64,000 bases of DNA from Thermoanaerobaculia bacterium (GTDB lineage: Bacteria; Acidobacteriota; Thermoanaerobaculia; UBA5066). Below are positions 1 to 9,865 of this stretch, piece after piece. The first letter of the stretch is position 1, and every line of letters begins with the position of its first letter. The stretch spans positions 723,217-787,216 of the forward strand of contig CAWGCY010000006.1 of NCBI GenBank assembly GCA_963821225.1. Reading direction: 5' to 3'. Under the pieces are notes generated by a model, which was given only the letters and a program-made list of their open reading frames with translations, searched no databases and was not told the origin of the DNA. The position numbers and the translations under genes were made by a program.

Positions 1-633
1 GAGGGGATACGCGATCGAATAGAGGTGGCCGGAGCTCTCGACGTGGTTCACTTCGAGATCCGAGAGCACCGTCGCGCAGCTCGGGCACCAGTTCACCATC
101 CGCTCGGCGCGATAGGCGAGGCCGCCGTGATACAGGGTCGAGAAGACGTGCCGCACGGCGCGGGAGCGCGGTTCGTCGAGCGTGTAGTAGACGCGCGAGA
201 AATCGCACGACGAGCCGAGACGTCGGATCTGGTCCAGGATGTCCCCGCGCCGCGCGCCGGCCCACTCTCGGCAGAGGGCGACGAAGGCTTCGCGGCCGAT
301 GTCGTGACGCGTCTGGCCCGTGCGTTCCTTGAGGTCGCGCTCGACGACCATCTGCGTCGCGATGCCCGCGTGGTCCACGCCGGGCACCCAGAGCACGGCG
401 CGGCCCTGCATCCTCCGCCAGCGGCAGAGCACGTCCTCGAGCGTGCGCCCGAGAGCGTGCCCCACGTGCAGGCGCCCCGTGACGTTCGGGGGCGGAATCA
501 CGAGCGAGTACGGAACGGCGTTCGGCCCGGCCGCCTCGGGGCGGAAAAAGCCGGCCTCTTCCTGGGCGCGATACCAGCGCATCTCGAACGAGCCGGGGTC
601 GAAGGTCTTGTCGAGCTCGGGCCGCGCGTTCAT
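1..633 (-). CDS. valS: valyl-tRNA synthetase, N-terminal part (gene continues beyond the window start)
   Basis: Minus-strand translation from ATG (rc of cat 631-633) gives MNARPELDKTFDPGSFEMRWYRAQEEAGFF...LVIPPPNVTGRLHVGHALGRT, the class-I HIGH-motif region of ValS. Not in the ORF track because it runs off the window edge. Confidence 0.85.
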   Translation of the reverse strand, partial: MNARPELDKTFDPGSFEMRWYRAQEEAGFFRPEAAGPNAVPYSLVIPPPNVTGRLHVGHALGRTLEDVLCRWRRMQGRAVLWVPGVDHAGIATQMVVERDLKERTGQTRHDIGREAFVALCREWAGARRGDILDQIRRLGSSCDFSRVYYTLDEPRSRAVRHVFSTLYHGGLAYRAERMVNWCPSCATVLSDLEVNHVESSGHLYSIAYPL

Positions 634-752
634 CGGGAACGCGAGAGGATCGCACGAGGGCGCTGGTTAGGGGAAGTGACCACCGGTAAACCCCGGCCGT
701 ATGAGGCACCTGCACGGGGGCGCGCCCCTTCCAGAGCCGCTACATTCAGGGC

Positions 753-2096
753 ATGAGCACCACTCTCGACAGGCCCCCCGTCCCCTCCGCTTCCACCCGT
801 TATTCGTTCTGGAAATGGTGGATCGACCGAAAGACCCGCTGGGTGCGCGACACGGAAAAGCAGATGCCCGACGGCCTGTTTCGCGCCCTCGCGGCGGGCA
901 CGGGTCTTCCGGCCATACACCAGCGCTCGACGTTCCCTTTCCGGAGCGTGAAGGACGGTGCCGATCGCTTCCTCGGGATGTCCCGCGGCGGCGAGCGCCC
1001 GTACGCCCGCATTTACACGCGTCTCGGAAACCCGACTACCGAGCACCTCGAGCGCGTCCTGTTCCGCCTGGAGGCCGAGCACGTCATCGAGAAGGCCCTC
1101 GCCGAGGACGAGACCGAGCCCACGATCGGGTGCCTCATCTGCGCGTCCGGAATGGGCGCGATCTCGGCTCTCCTCCTCTCCCTCGTCCGGTCGGGCGACG
1201 CCGTCCTCGCCGGGAACGTCTATGGCTGCACGGACAGTTTCCTCCGCGGCCTCGCCAAGTTCGGCGTCGGCTCGGTCTTCTGCGACACGGGCGACCTCGC
1301 GGCCGTCGAAGCCGCGCTCGACGCGCACCCGGAGATCTCGGCCGTCTTCCTCGAGTCGCCCGAGAACCCGACGCTCCGCCTCGCCGACATCGAGGCGATC
1401 TCGCACCTCACGGAAGAGCGCGGCATCGTCCTCATCGTCGACAACACGTTCTGCTCGCCCTATCTTCAGCAGCCGTTCCGCCTCGGCGCGGACTTCGTCG
1501 TTCACTCGCTCACGAAGTTCGTGAACGGCCATTCCACTTCCGTGGGAGGCGCGGTCCTCGGGCCGTTCCGGTTCATGAGGGAGTCGCTCTTCCCCTGGTA
1601 CAAGGACCTGGGGGCGACCCCGTCGCCGTTCGAGTCGTGGCTGAACTCGATGACGGTGCAGAGCCTCGCCGCCCGCCAGGGCGCTCAGTCCGAGACCGCC
1701 GGGACGGTCGCCACGTTTCTGCGGAACCACTCGTGCGTGTCACGCGTCGTGTGGCCGGGCTTCGCGGATTTCCCGCAGGCCGCGCTCGCGAAGAAGCAGA
1801 TGCGCAACGGGGGCTCGATCATCAGCTTCGAGGTCACGGGCGGCGCGGCGGCCGGCGAGAAGCTGATGAACTACTTCGCGCGCAAGGACACGCCGATGGA
1901 GCTCGCGGTGAGCCTCGGATCGGCGATCTCGTACATCCAGCACCCCGCCTCGATGACGCACGCGGTGGTGCCGGAGGCGGACCGTGCCCTGCGCGGCATC
2001 ACGCCCGGCCTCATCCGCCTTTCGGTCGGCCTCGAGGGCGCGGACGTCCTCATCGATCACCTCGACCGCGGGCTGGCGCTCGCCCACGAAGGCTAA
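753..2096 (+). CDS. Cys/Met-metabolism PLP-dependent enzyme (cystathionine gamma-synthase / O-acetylhomoserine sulfhydrylase / methionine gamma-lyase family)
   Basis: 447-aa ORF with the HSLTKFVNGHSTSVGGAV PLP-lysine motif and overall trans-sulfuration-family architecture. Confidence 0.8.
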   Translation: MSTTLDRPPVPSASTRYSFWKWWIDRKTRWVRDTEKQMPDGLFRALAAGTGLPAIHQRSTFPFRSVKDGADRFLGMSRGGERPYARIYTRLGNPTTEHLERVLFRLEAEHVIEKALAEDETEPTIGCLICASGMGAISALLLSLVRSGDAVLAGNVYGCTDSFLRGLAKFGVGSVFCDTGDLAAVEAALDAHPEISAVFLESPENPTLRLADIEAISHLTEERGIVLIVDNTFCSPYLQQPFRLGADFVVHSLTKFVNGHSTSVGGAVLGPFRFMRESLFPWYKDLGATPSPFESWLNSMTVQSLAARQGAQSETAGTVATFLRNHSCVSRVVWPGFADFPQAALAKKQMRNGGSIISFEVTGGAAAGEKLMNYFARKDTPMELAVSLGSAISYIQHPASMTHAVVPEADRALRGITPGLIRLSVGLEGADVLIDHLDRGLALAHEG

Positions 2097-2122
2097 CCCG
2101 CCGACCGCCGCGCGGGTCGTCC

Positions 2123-3250
2123 CTACTCGGCCTTGTCCAGCTCGTCGAGGCGCTCTTTCACGAGGCGCTCGGCAAGCTCGGGCACGACCTCCCACGCGAC
2201 TTTGCGCACGATGCGCTCTCCGGAGAGTTCGAGGATTCGCCGCGCGATGCGGTCGATGTCGTCGTCGGTGAGGGACCCGGCCGTGGGCGCTGCGGCGGCC
2301 GTGGCCTTCGGGATGAGGCTCTTGAGATCGCTCAAGCTCGCTTCGGCGGCGAGGGCCTCGAGCTCGCCCGGAGCGGGCTCGGCGAGCGAAGAGGCGACCG
2401 CGGCCTTCGCGGCGGGCGTGTCCCAGAGGTCGGGCCGGGAGGCGGCGCGCCCCGACGCCTCGAAGGCGGCAATGTCCGCCTCGAGGTCGCGATGCGGCGG
2501 CTCGTCCTCGAGAGCGCCGAGATCCACCTCGTAGTCGGCCGCTGGGGGTTCCGGCACCGGAGTGACGCGTTCCGTGGGCTGATCGGGAGGCGTCACGTTC
2601 ACGGTCTCGGAATCGGAGGGCGGCTCGATCTCGGGCTCCCGAAAGACCGGGATGGCCGACGTGGCGTAGAAATCCGGCTCGGCGGCGGGCGGCAGTATCG
2701 GAATCGCGGGCATCGGAACCGTGGCGAACGGCGCCCGCCCGAGTGTGGGGTCGGTGGCCTCTGCTCGTTCCTCCTCGATGGGAGGGGGCGGCACGTACTC
2801 CGGCTCCGGCGGCGGCTCGGGGGCAGGAGGTGGCTCCGGCACCGGAGGCGGCTCGGGCGGCGCCGCAGCCCGCTCTTCGGCTGCCTTCTTCACGAGGTCG
2901 CGGACGAGCGAGGCGAGGCCTTGCGAGTCGAACGGCTTCGTCACGACCGAGTCGGCGCCCACCTGCTCGGCGCGCGGCTTGTCGAAAGGCTCGAAAGTTC
3001 CCGTGAGGAGGACCACCGGCACGAACCGGCCGCCGGGAAGCCGCTTGACCTCCTCGCACAGCTCGTACCCGGTCTTGCCCGGCATGACGCAATCCGCGAG
3101 GACGATGTCGGGCGAGAACGAATCGAGGAGCGGCAGCGCGAGGTCGCCGTTACCGACAGCCTTGAGCTCGAAGTCCGTACCCGAGAACGTCAGCTCGATG
3201 ACCTTCTGAATGGTCAGACTGTCGTCCGCCAAGAGAATCCGATGCGGCAT
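2123..3250 (-). CDS. response regulator: CheY-like receiver, Pro-rich linker, C-terminal domain of unknown function
   Basis: N-terminus MPHRILLADDS...DIVLADCVMPGKTGYEL...VVLLTG...TKPF is a canonical receiver domain, followed by a PEPPP-repeat linker. Last gene of the liu operon. Confidence 0.75.
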   Translation of the reverse strand: MPHRILLADDSLTIQKVIELTFSGTDFELKAVGNGDLALPLLDSFSPDIVLADCVMPGKTGYELCEEVKRLPGGRFVPVVLLTGTFEPFDKPRAEQVGADSVVTKPFDSQGLASLVRDLVKKAAEERAAAPPEPPPVPEPPPAPEPPPEPEYVPPPPIEEERAEATDPTLGRAPFATVPMPAIPILPPAAEPDFYATSAIPVFREPEIEPPSDSETVNVTPPDQPTERVTPVPEPPAADYEVDLGALEDEPPHRDLEADIAAFEASGRAASRPDLWDTPAAKAAVASSLAEPAPGELEALAAEASLSDLKSLIPKATAAAAPTAGSLTDDDIDRIARRILELSGERIVRKVAWEVVPELAERLVKERLDELDKAE

Positions 3251-3284
3251 TCGATCTCCTCGCAGGGTAAGGTGTCGGCCGAGT

Positions 3285-4202
3285 TTACACCGGCCGAGGC
3301 CCGCGGGCCGACTCGAGAGCCTGATAGACGCGGGAAACGGGACGCCTCCCGATCGCGCCCGACAGCGCCTTGGTGGCCGCCGCGACCAGGGAGAGATCCA
3401 CTCCCGTCTCGTAGCCCATGCCGTGCAGGAGATAAAGGAGGTCCTCCGTGGCGACGTTGCCCGCCGCCCCGGGAGCGTAAGGGCACCCGCCGAGGCCGCC
3501 CGCCGACGAGTCGAAGGTCCTCACACCCTGCCGGAGCCCTTCGGCCACGTTCGCGAGCGCCGTTCCGCGCGTGTCGTGGAAGTGCAGCGCCAGCCGCGCG
3601 AGCGGCACGCCCGCGTCCACGCAGCGTCCGACGACCTCGGGCACCTGCGTGGGAACCCCGACGCCGATCGTGTCGCCGACCGACACCTCGTCGCAGCCCG
3701 CGTCGAGCAGCCTCCGCGCGACGCGAGCGGACGTGACCGGCAGGATCGCGCCCTCGTACGGGCATCCGAAACCGCACGACACGTACCCGCGCACGCGCAT
3801 CCCGGCCTCCCGCGCCCGCCGGATCACCGGTCGAAAGCGCGTGAACGACTCGTCGATCGAGGCGTTGATGTTCTTCTGGTTGAACGTCTCCGACGCAGCC
3901 GTGAAGACCGCGATCTCGCGCGCGCCCGCCGCCTCGGCCCGGTCGAGCCCCTTCTCGTTCGGCACGAGGACCGGATATCGCACGCCTGGACGCTTCGCGA
4001 TCCGCCGGAAGACCTCTTCCCCGTCGGCGAGCTGCGGGATCGCCTTCGGCGACACGAAGGCCGTCGCCTCCACGACGGGCAGTCCCGCGGACGAAAGGGC
4101 ATCCACGAACGCGACCTTCACGTCTGTCGGAACCTCCGCCGACTCGTTCTGAAGGCCATCGCGCGGACCCACCTCGACGACCGTGACGCGCGAGGCGTTC
4201 AC
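3285..4202 (-). CDS. hmgL: hydroxymethylglutaryl-CoA lyase
   Basis: VNASRVTVVEVGPRDGLQNE...HFHDTRGTALANV...GGLGGCPYAPGAAGN are HMG-CoA lyase motifs. GTG start at 4202 overlaps the upstream stop (GTGA); the ORF-track ATG at 4481 is an upstream extension. Confidence 0.85.
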   Translation of the reverse strand: MNASRVTVVEVGPRDGLQNESAEVPTDVKVAFVDALSSAGLPVVEATAFVSPKAIPQLADGEEVFRRIAKRPGVRYPVLVPNEKGLDRAEAAGAREIAVFTAASETFNQKNINASIDESFTRFRPVIRRAREAGMRVRGYVSCGFGCPYEGAILPVTSARVARRLLDAGCDEVSVGDTIGVGVPTQVPEVVGRCVDAGVPLARLALHFHDTRGTALANVAEGLRQGVRTFDSSAGGLGGCPYAPGAAGNVATEDLLYLLHGMGYETGVDLSLVAAATKALSGAIGRRPVSRVYQALESARGPRPV

Positions 4203-6162
4203 GCCATCTCCACGAGGACGTCGCCGAGACCGACCATCTGCCCCTCGGAAACGAGGACTCGTTCCACCGCGCCGTCCTTCGGGGCACGCACCGCGTGCTC
4301 CATCTTCATCGCTTCGACGACCACGAGGACGTCTCCCTTCGAGACGGACGCACCCGAGGCGACGTGCACGGCCGCGATCCGGCCCGGCATCGGCGCCTCC
4401 AGCAAGGGCATTTCCTCCCCGCCGCGCGCCGCGCGGCGGGGACGCGCCGGCGAAAGGCGATACGTCTCGCCCCGGAACCACACCCAGGCGACGTCACCGT
4501 CGCGTGCGGCTGTCGCGCCGGGCGGAGCGTCCGCCGCCACGTCGCGTTCCTCTCCCGTTCGCAGGTCGCGCAGCCTCACTGATCCCCCATGCGAAAACGC
4601 CCCTCGAACGGGCTCGGCCAGGCGCCGCGCGCGGAGCTTCCTCCGGGCTCGAGCGCCGCGCGCGCGAGAACCGACGAGGCGGCCTCGAAGACCTCGTCCG
4701 GAGGAGGCGGGGGCGCGGGGAGCGAAAGCGTCTCGACGAGGCTGGTGTGCAACTCGCCGCGGACGACGGGAGCGGCCTCGAGCAACCGCCTCAGCCACGA
4801 GAGATTCGTCGCCACGCCCAGGGCGACCGTCTCGCCGAGCGCCGCGACGAGCCGTCCGCGCGCCTCCTCTCGGTCCCTCCCCTTCGCGACGATCTTCGCG
4901 AGCAGAGGGTCGTAGTGAATGTCCACCGTCTGGCCGGTCGTTGCGCCCGAGTCCACGCGCACGCCCGGGCCCGAGGGCTCGATCCAGACCAGGAGACGCC
5001 CGGCCTGCGGAAGAAAACCCGCGTCGGGATCTTCCGCGTAAACGCGCGCCTCGATCGCGTGCGCCGAGGGCGCCGAAGGAAGCTCGGGCAGCGGCTCGCC
5101 CGCGGCGACGCGGAGCTGCAAGGCGACGAGGTCCACGCCGAAGGCTTCTTCCGTGACGGGATGCTCCACCTGAAGGCGTGTGTTCATCTCGAGGAAGAAG
5201 AACGCGCCGGAGGGCTCGAGCAGGAACTCGACCGTGCCCGCGTTCACGTAGCCCACCGCGCGTGCCGCGTCACATGCGGCGCTCTCGAGGCGCGCGCGAA
5301 GCTCCGGCGTCACGGCGAACGACGGGCACTCCTCGATCACCTTCTGGTGGCGCCTCTGAAGCGAGCACTCGCGCTCGCCGAGCGCGACGACGTTTCCGTG
5401 CATGTCGCCGAAGACCTGCACTTCGATGTGGCGGGGCGCCGCGAGAAATTTCTCGACGTAGACGGTGTCGTCCCCGAACGCAGCCAGAGCTTCGCGCCGG
5501 CAGGACGCGATTGCTTCGGAAAGATCGGAGGGAAACGTCACGATGCGCATCCCTTTGCCCCCGCCCCCAGCCGAAGCCTTCACGACGACCGGGAAACCGA
5601 GAGACAGGACCGAAGAAAGATTTTCTTCGAAGGTGCCAGAGGCAGCGGGGCGTGCCGGCGCGCCTCGATGAGCGCCGGCGCTGCGGTCGCCCTCTTCACC
5701 ATTCGAAGAAATCTTCCCGTTCTCTTCGAACGTTTCGATGCATTGCGTCCCTGGGACCACTGGAACTCCGGCGGCCCTCATTCTTTCTCTAGCAGAGATC
5801 TTCGATCCCATCGCGTCCATCGCCTCGGGCGGCGGACCGATCCACACGAGTCCCGCGTCGACGACCGCGCGCGCGAAGTCCGCGCTTTCCGAGAGAAAGC
5901 CGTAGCCGGGGTGCACGGAGCCGCAGCCCGTCTCACGGGCCGCCGCGAGGAGACGCGGAATCGAAAGGTACGATTCCCGGGCGGGTGCGGGACCGATGTG
6001 CGCGGCCGCGTCCGCGAGAGCGACGTGGCGCGCATCGCGATCCGCGTCGGAGTAGACCGCCACCGCCGGGAGGCCGGCCGTCCGGCAGGAGCGGATCACG
6101 CGCACGGCGATCTCGCCGCGGTTCGCCACGAGCACGCGGCCGAGCCGCCGAAGCCCCGTCAC
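4199..6162 (-). CDS. mccA: methylcrotonyl-CoA (acyl-CoA) carboxylase alpha subunit (biotin carboxylase + biotinyl domain), apparently frameshifted
   Basis: ORF 4576..6495 carries the biotin carboxylase domain (VLVANRGEIAVRVIR...VVKASAGGGGKGMRIV...EMNTRLQVEHPVTE). ORF 4199..4798, in another frame, carries the biotinyl domain (EAMKME). The two overlap by 222 nt; the frame change lies near homopolymers ccccc (4584-4588) / aaaa (4594-4597). GTG start at 6162. Confidence 0.7.
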
Positions 6163-6169
6163 GGCTGCG

Positions 6170-6979
6170 TCACGGCTTCTTCGCGGCCGGCTCCGCCGCC
6201 CACGACGGCTTGCGCTTCTCCAGGAAGGCCGCCAGCCCCTCCCGTCCTTCGGCGGATGCGCGTCGCTCGCCCAGACGCTGGATCGCCATGTTCGTGGCCT
6301 CCCGGAGCGGCATTGCGGCGACCGTGCGGGCCAGGTGCTTGGCCTCGGCCACGGCCTCGGGGCCCCCCAGAAGGATCGCGTCGAGGATCGTTCGCGCCGC
6401 GGTGGCGAGGTCCTTCTCCGGGACGATGCGGTGAACGAGGCCGGCCTCGCAGGCCTCTTTCGCCGAGATGCGCTCTCCCGTGACGAACCACGCACGCGCG
6501 CGCGATTCCCCGATCTTGTGCACGAGATAGGGTGAGATGACGGCGGGAATGACCCCGAGCCTCACCTCGGTCGTGCCGAAGATCGCGTTTTCGGCGGCCA
6601 CGACGACGTCGCAAACGGCGACGAGGCCGGTTCCCCCTCCCAGCGCCGCGCCCTGGACCCGAGCCACGATCGGTTTCGCCAGCTCGTCGAACGCGCGGAA
6701 GAGCGACGCCAGCTCGGCGGAATCGCGAAGATTCTCCTGCATCGTGAAGCCCGAGACTTTCTTCATCCAATCGAGGTCGGCCCCGGCGCAAAAAGTCTTG
6801 CCCGCGCCCGAAACCTCGATGACGCGTGTCATCGCGTCCGACGCCAGCTCGCGCACGGCACGCTGCAGGAGGGCCACGAGCTCGCCGTCGAAGGCGTTCC
6901 GCCGGGCCGGACGGTTCAGGATGAGGCGCGCGATACGCGGATCGGACGCGCGCTCGAGCAGGATGCCGGACTCGCTCAT
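6170..6979 (-). CDS. liuC: enoyl-CoA hydratase / methylglutaconyl-CoA hydratase
   Basis: Crotonase fold: ...FCAGADL...GAALGGGTGLVAVCD... ATG overlaps the upstream stop (ATGA). Confidence 0.8.
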   Translation of the reverse strand: MSESGILLERASDPRIARLILNRPARRNAFDGELVALLQRAVRELASDAMTRVIEVSGAGKTFCAGADLDWMKKVSGFTMQENLRDSAELASLFRAFDELAKPIVARVQGAALGGGTGLVAVCDVVVAAENAIFGTTEVRLGVIPAVISPYLVHKIGESRARAWFVTGERISAKEACEAGLVHRIVPEKDLATAARTILDAILLGGPEAVAEAKHLARTVAAMPLREATNMAIQRLGERRASAEGREGLAAFLEKRKPSWAAEPAAKKP

Positions 6980-7815
6980 CGCATCACCTGTATCGACCCG
7001 GGAAGGTCGAGGGGCACCGTGAGAATCTGATCCTTGCCGACGCGCAGCGAGACGCGCGCGACGAGCCTGCCGGCGACGCGGCCACCGCTGGCGACCGCGC
7101 CTCCGAGAACGGAAAGGAGATCGGCGTTCGGGGCGCTGATCGGAAGCTCGACCGCGTTTTCACGGCCCGCGTGGAGCCTCACGCCGTGACGCTCACCTTC
7201 GGCGAGCTTCCGGTCGCCCGCCCACACGGCGTAGACGAGGTCCTTCACGTCGAGAGGAAACGAGAGCGGGTTGAAGAGCGTCGCCGTCGCCTGTCCCTCG
7301 ACTTCAGTGAGAGAGAGCCCGGTGAAGCGCGCTCCGGAGAAGCCCGCGAGGGACGCGCCCATCGGCGCCGATGAACGCACCTCCGGCGTTCCGACCTTCA
7401 GGATTCCCGCCGCGCAGACAGGCACGGGCGGCCGGGCACCGCCCGCGAGCGAGCCGTTCACGGTCACGTCGAGCGCGAGCGGGTGAAGCCGCGCGAGAAG
7501 CGCCTGGGGAATCTTGGCGAGATCGAGATCCACGAGGAGGACGACGGCGTTTCCCGCGGGGCCCTGCTGGACCATCGCCGTCAGGGACGGGGCGGTCGTC
7601 AGCGGAGTGTTCGCCACGGCGATCTCACCCGCGAATTTCTGCGTGGCGCCCTCGGCCGTGTTGGGAAGAGACGTGCGGAGAAACGCCGTCAGCTTCGTCC
7701 GGGTCAGGGAGGTGACTTCGAGGGCGTCCACCGTGCCGCAGTCGGGGCGCTGGTCCGCGGGCGCCGAGAGCGGTAGAAACGCGGCGAACAGCAACGGAGC
7801 GACGGTTCGCCTCAT
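6976..7815 (-). CDS. hypothetical secreted protein (signal peptide; possibly LEA_2/WHy-like fold) embedded in the liu operon
   Basis: Internal start MRRTVAPLLFAAFLPLSAPA is a signal peptide. No recognised catalytic motifs. Translationally coupled on both sides. Confidence 0.5.
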   Translation of the reverse strand: MRRTVAPLLFAAFLPLSAPADQRPDCGTVDALEVTSLTRTKLTAFLRTSLPNTAEGATQKFAGEIAVANTPLTTAPSLTAMVQQGPAGNAVVLLVDLDLAKIPQALLARLHPLALDVTVNGSLAGGARPPVPVCAAGILKVGTPEVRSSAPMGASLAGFSGARFTGLSLTEVEGQATATLFNPLSFPLDVKDLVYAVWAGDRKLAEGERHGVRLHAGRENAVELPISAPNADLLSVLGGAVASGGRVAGRLVARVSLRVGKDQILTVPLDLPGSIQVMR

Positions 7816-7817
7816 CT

Positions 7818-9431
7818 CTACATCCGGAACACGCCGAAGCGTGTCTCGAGGCGCGCCCCGTTCGCGGCGGCCGCGAGGCCCAGAGCCAGGACGCGGCGCG
7901 TCTCGACCGGATCGAGGATGCCGTCGTCCCACAGGCGTCCCGTGGCGAAATAGGGATTCCCTTCGACCTCGTACTTCTCGAGGGTGGGCTTCTTGAACGC
8001 GCTCCGCTCCGCATCGGTCATTTTCGCCTTTCCCTCCCTGAGGCGTTGATCATCCTTGACGGTGGCCAGGACGTCCGCCGCCTGCTCGCCTCCCATGACG
8101 CTGATGCGGGCGTTCGGCCACGTCCAGAGGAAGCGCGGCTGGTAAGCGCGCCCGCACATCCCGTAGTTGCCGGCGCCGAACGAGCCTCCCACGAGAAGCG
8201 TGAACTTCGGGACGGCGGCGTTCGCGACCGCATGCACCATCTTCGCCCCGTCCTTCGCGATGCCGCCCTGCTCGTACGCCTTTCCCACCATGAAGCCCGT
8301 GATGTTCTGGAAAAAGACCAGGGGCACCTCGCGCTGGCACGCCATCTCGATGAAGTGCGTCGCCTTGAGCGCCGACTCCGAGAAGAGAACGCCGTTGTTC
8401 GCCAGGACGGCCACGGGGAAACCCGACACGTGGCCGAATCCCGTGACGAGCGTCGTTCCGTACCGCGACTTGAACTCGTGGAATCGCGATCCGTCGAGGA
8501 TCCGCGCCAGCAGCTCGCGCACGTCGTAGGGTCTGCGGAGGTCTCTCGGGACGACGCCGTAGAGCTCGTCCGCCGGATACCGCGGCTCCTCGGGAGCGAC
8601 CCGGCCGGGCGCCGCGGAGGGAGCGCCACCGAGGTGCGCGACGATGTCGCGCACTTTCTCGAGCGCGTCGGTGTCGTCCTCGGCGAGATGGTCCGCGACG
8701 CCCGACAGGCGCGTGTGGACGTCGCCTCCGCCGAGCTCCTCGGCGGTCACGTCCTCCCCCGTCGCGGCCTTCACGAGCGGAGGGCCCGCGAGAAAGATCG
8801 TGCCCTGGTTCCTCACGATGACGGTCTCGTCCGACATCGCCGGCACGTACGCGCCGCCCGCGGTGCACGAGCCGAGCACCGCGGCGATCTGCGGAAGACC
8901 CGCGGCGCTCATGCGCGCCTGGTTGTAGAAGATGCGGCCGAAGTGGTCGCGATCGGGAAAGACCTCTGCCTGAAGCGGCAGGAACGCGCCGCCCGAATCC
9001 ACCAGGTAGACCGCCGGAAGCGCGTTCTCCATCGCGATCTCCTGGGCTCTCAGGTGCTTCTTCAGGGTGACCGGGTAGTACGTGCCGCCCTTCACCGTCG
9101 CGTCGTTCGCGACGACGACGACCTCGCGGCCCGAGACGCGGCCCACTCCGGTCACGACCCCTGCGCCGGGAGCGGCGTCGTCGTACAGACCCCAGCCCGC
9201 GAGCGGCGCAACCTCGAGAAACGCCGTTCCCGGGTCCAGAAGGCGCTCGAGGCGTTCGCGGACGGGAAGCTTGCCGCGCGCGACGTGGCGGGCCCGCTCC
9301 TTCTCTCCGCCGCCTTCCCGGGCCTTCGCGAGCTCGTCATGGAGGCGTGAGGCGAGCGCGCGGTGGTGGGCGGCGTTCTCCCGAAACTCCGGCGAGGACG
9401 GGGAGAGTTGCGAGACGAGGACTTCGCTCAC
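7818..9431 (-). CDS. mccB: methylcrotonyl-CoA carboxylase beta subunit (carboxyltransferase)
   Basis: 537 aa; carboxyltransferase N and C domains with strong MccB/PccB-like similarity (…[11 protein letters not shown]…[13 protein letters not shown]…). GTG start overlaps the stop of the upstream gene. Confidence 0.88.
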   Translation of the reverse strand: MSEVLVSQLSPSSPEFRENAAHHRALASRLHDELAKAREGGGEKERARHVARGKLPVRERLERLLDPGTAFLEVAPLAGWGLYDDAAPGAGVVTGVGRVSGREVVVVANDATVKGGTYYPVTLKKHLRAQEIAMENALPAVYLVDSGGAFLPLQAEVFPDRDHFGRIFYNQARMSAAGLPQIAAVLGSCTAGGAYVPAMSDETVIVRNQGTIFLAGPPLVKAATGEDVTAEELGGGDVHTRLSGVADHLAEDDTDALEKVRDIVAHLGGAPSAAPGRVAPEEPRYPADELYGVVPRDLRRPYDVRELLARILDGSRFHEFKSRYGTTLVTGFGHVSGFPVAVLANNGVLFSESALKATHFIEMACQREVPLVFFQNITGFMVGKAYEQGGIAKDGAKMVHAVANAAVPKFTLLVGGSFGAGNYGMCGRAYQPRFLWTWPNARISVMGGEQAADVLATVKDDQRLREGKAKMTDAERSAFKKPTLEKYEVEGNPYFATGRLWDDGILDPVETRRVLALGLAAAANGARLETRFGVFRM

Positions 9432-9832
9432 GCCCGCTCGCCCGCGAGGCGGCGGATCGCGTCGACCGTTGCACCGGTGGTCGTTCCCGGAAGGAAGATG
9501 TCGCGGACGCCTCGCGCCTTGAGCGGAGCGATGTCCCTCTCGGGAATGATTCCGCCGACGACGACGGCGATGGTCTCGCCGCCACTTTCCTTCAAGGCGT
9601 CGATCACCTCGGGTACGAGGACGTTGTGGGCGCCCGACAGGATCGAGAGGCCCACGACATCGACGTCCTCCTGTACGGCCGCGGCGGCGATCTGCCGAGG
9701 GGTTTGCCTGAGGCCGGAGTAGATGACCTCCATTCCCGCATCGCGGAGCGCGCGCGCAATCACCTTCGCGCCGCGATCGTGCCCGTCGAGGCCGGGCTTC
9801 GCGACGAGAACGCGAATGGGCCGATCGCTCAT
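9428..9832 (-). CDS. methylmalonyl-CoA mutase-family B12-binding domain protein (small subunit)
   Basis: [38 protein letters not shown]... is the cobalamin-binding DxHxxG-type domain. 134 aa. Confidence 0.75.
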   Translation of the reverse strand: MSDRPIRVLVAKPGLDGHDRGAKVIARALRDAGMEVIYSGLRQTPRQIAAAAVQEDVDVVGLSILSGAHNVLVPEVIDALKESGGETIAVVVGGIIPERDIAPLKARGVRDIFLPGTTTGATVDAIRRLAGERA

Positions 9833-9865
9833 GTGGGCGATTCTACAGGGGAGGCGCCGTGTAAG

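Noticed and set aside
701-3736. 1011-aa Arg/Pro-rich plus-strand ORF (and similar long ORFs 1740..3092-, 14146..15987+, 17497..21069+, 27459..28715+, 28334..30421+)
   Set aside because: These are antisense or out-of-frame readings of real genes in ~70% GC DNA. Their composition is dominated by R/P/G/A, they have no motifs, and each overlaps a well-supported gene.
4576-4798. Interpreting the biotin carboxylase and biotin carboxyl carrier protein (BCCP) as two separate overlapping genes
   Set aside because: A 222-nt same-strand overlap is implausible. The biotinyl-frame ORF upstream of 4798 has no RBS or start context, and MccA proteins are normally single-chain. A frameshift is the simpler explanation.
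9347-9865. Upstream 170-codon extension of the MshEN ORF
   Set aside because: This part overlaps the minus-strand B12-binding mutase subunit gene and is Arg-rich. A good SD and the domain start are found at 9866/9884.
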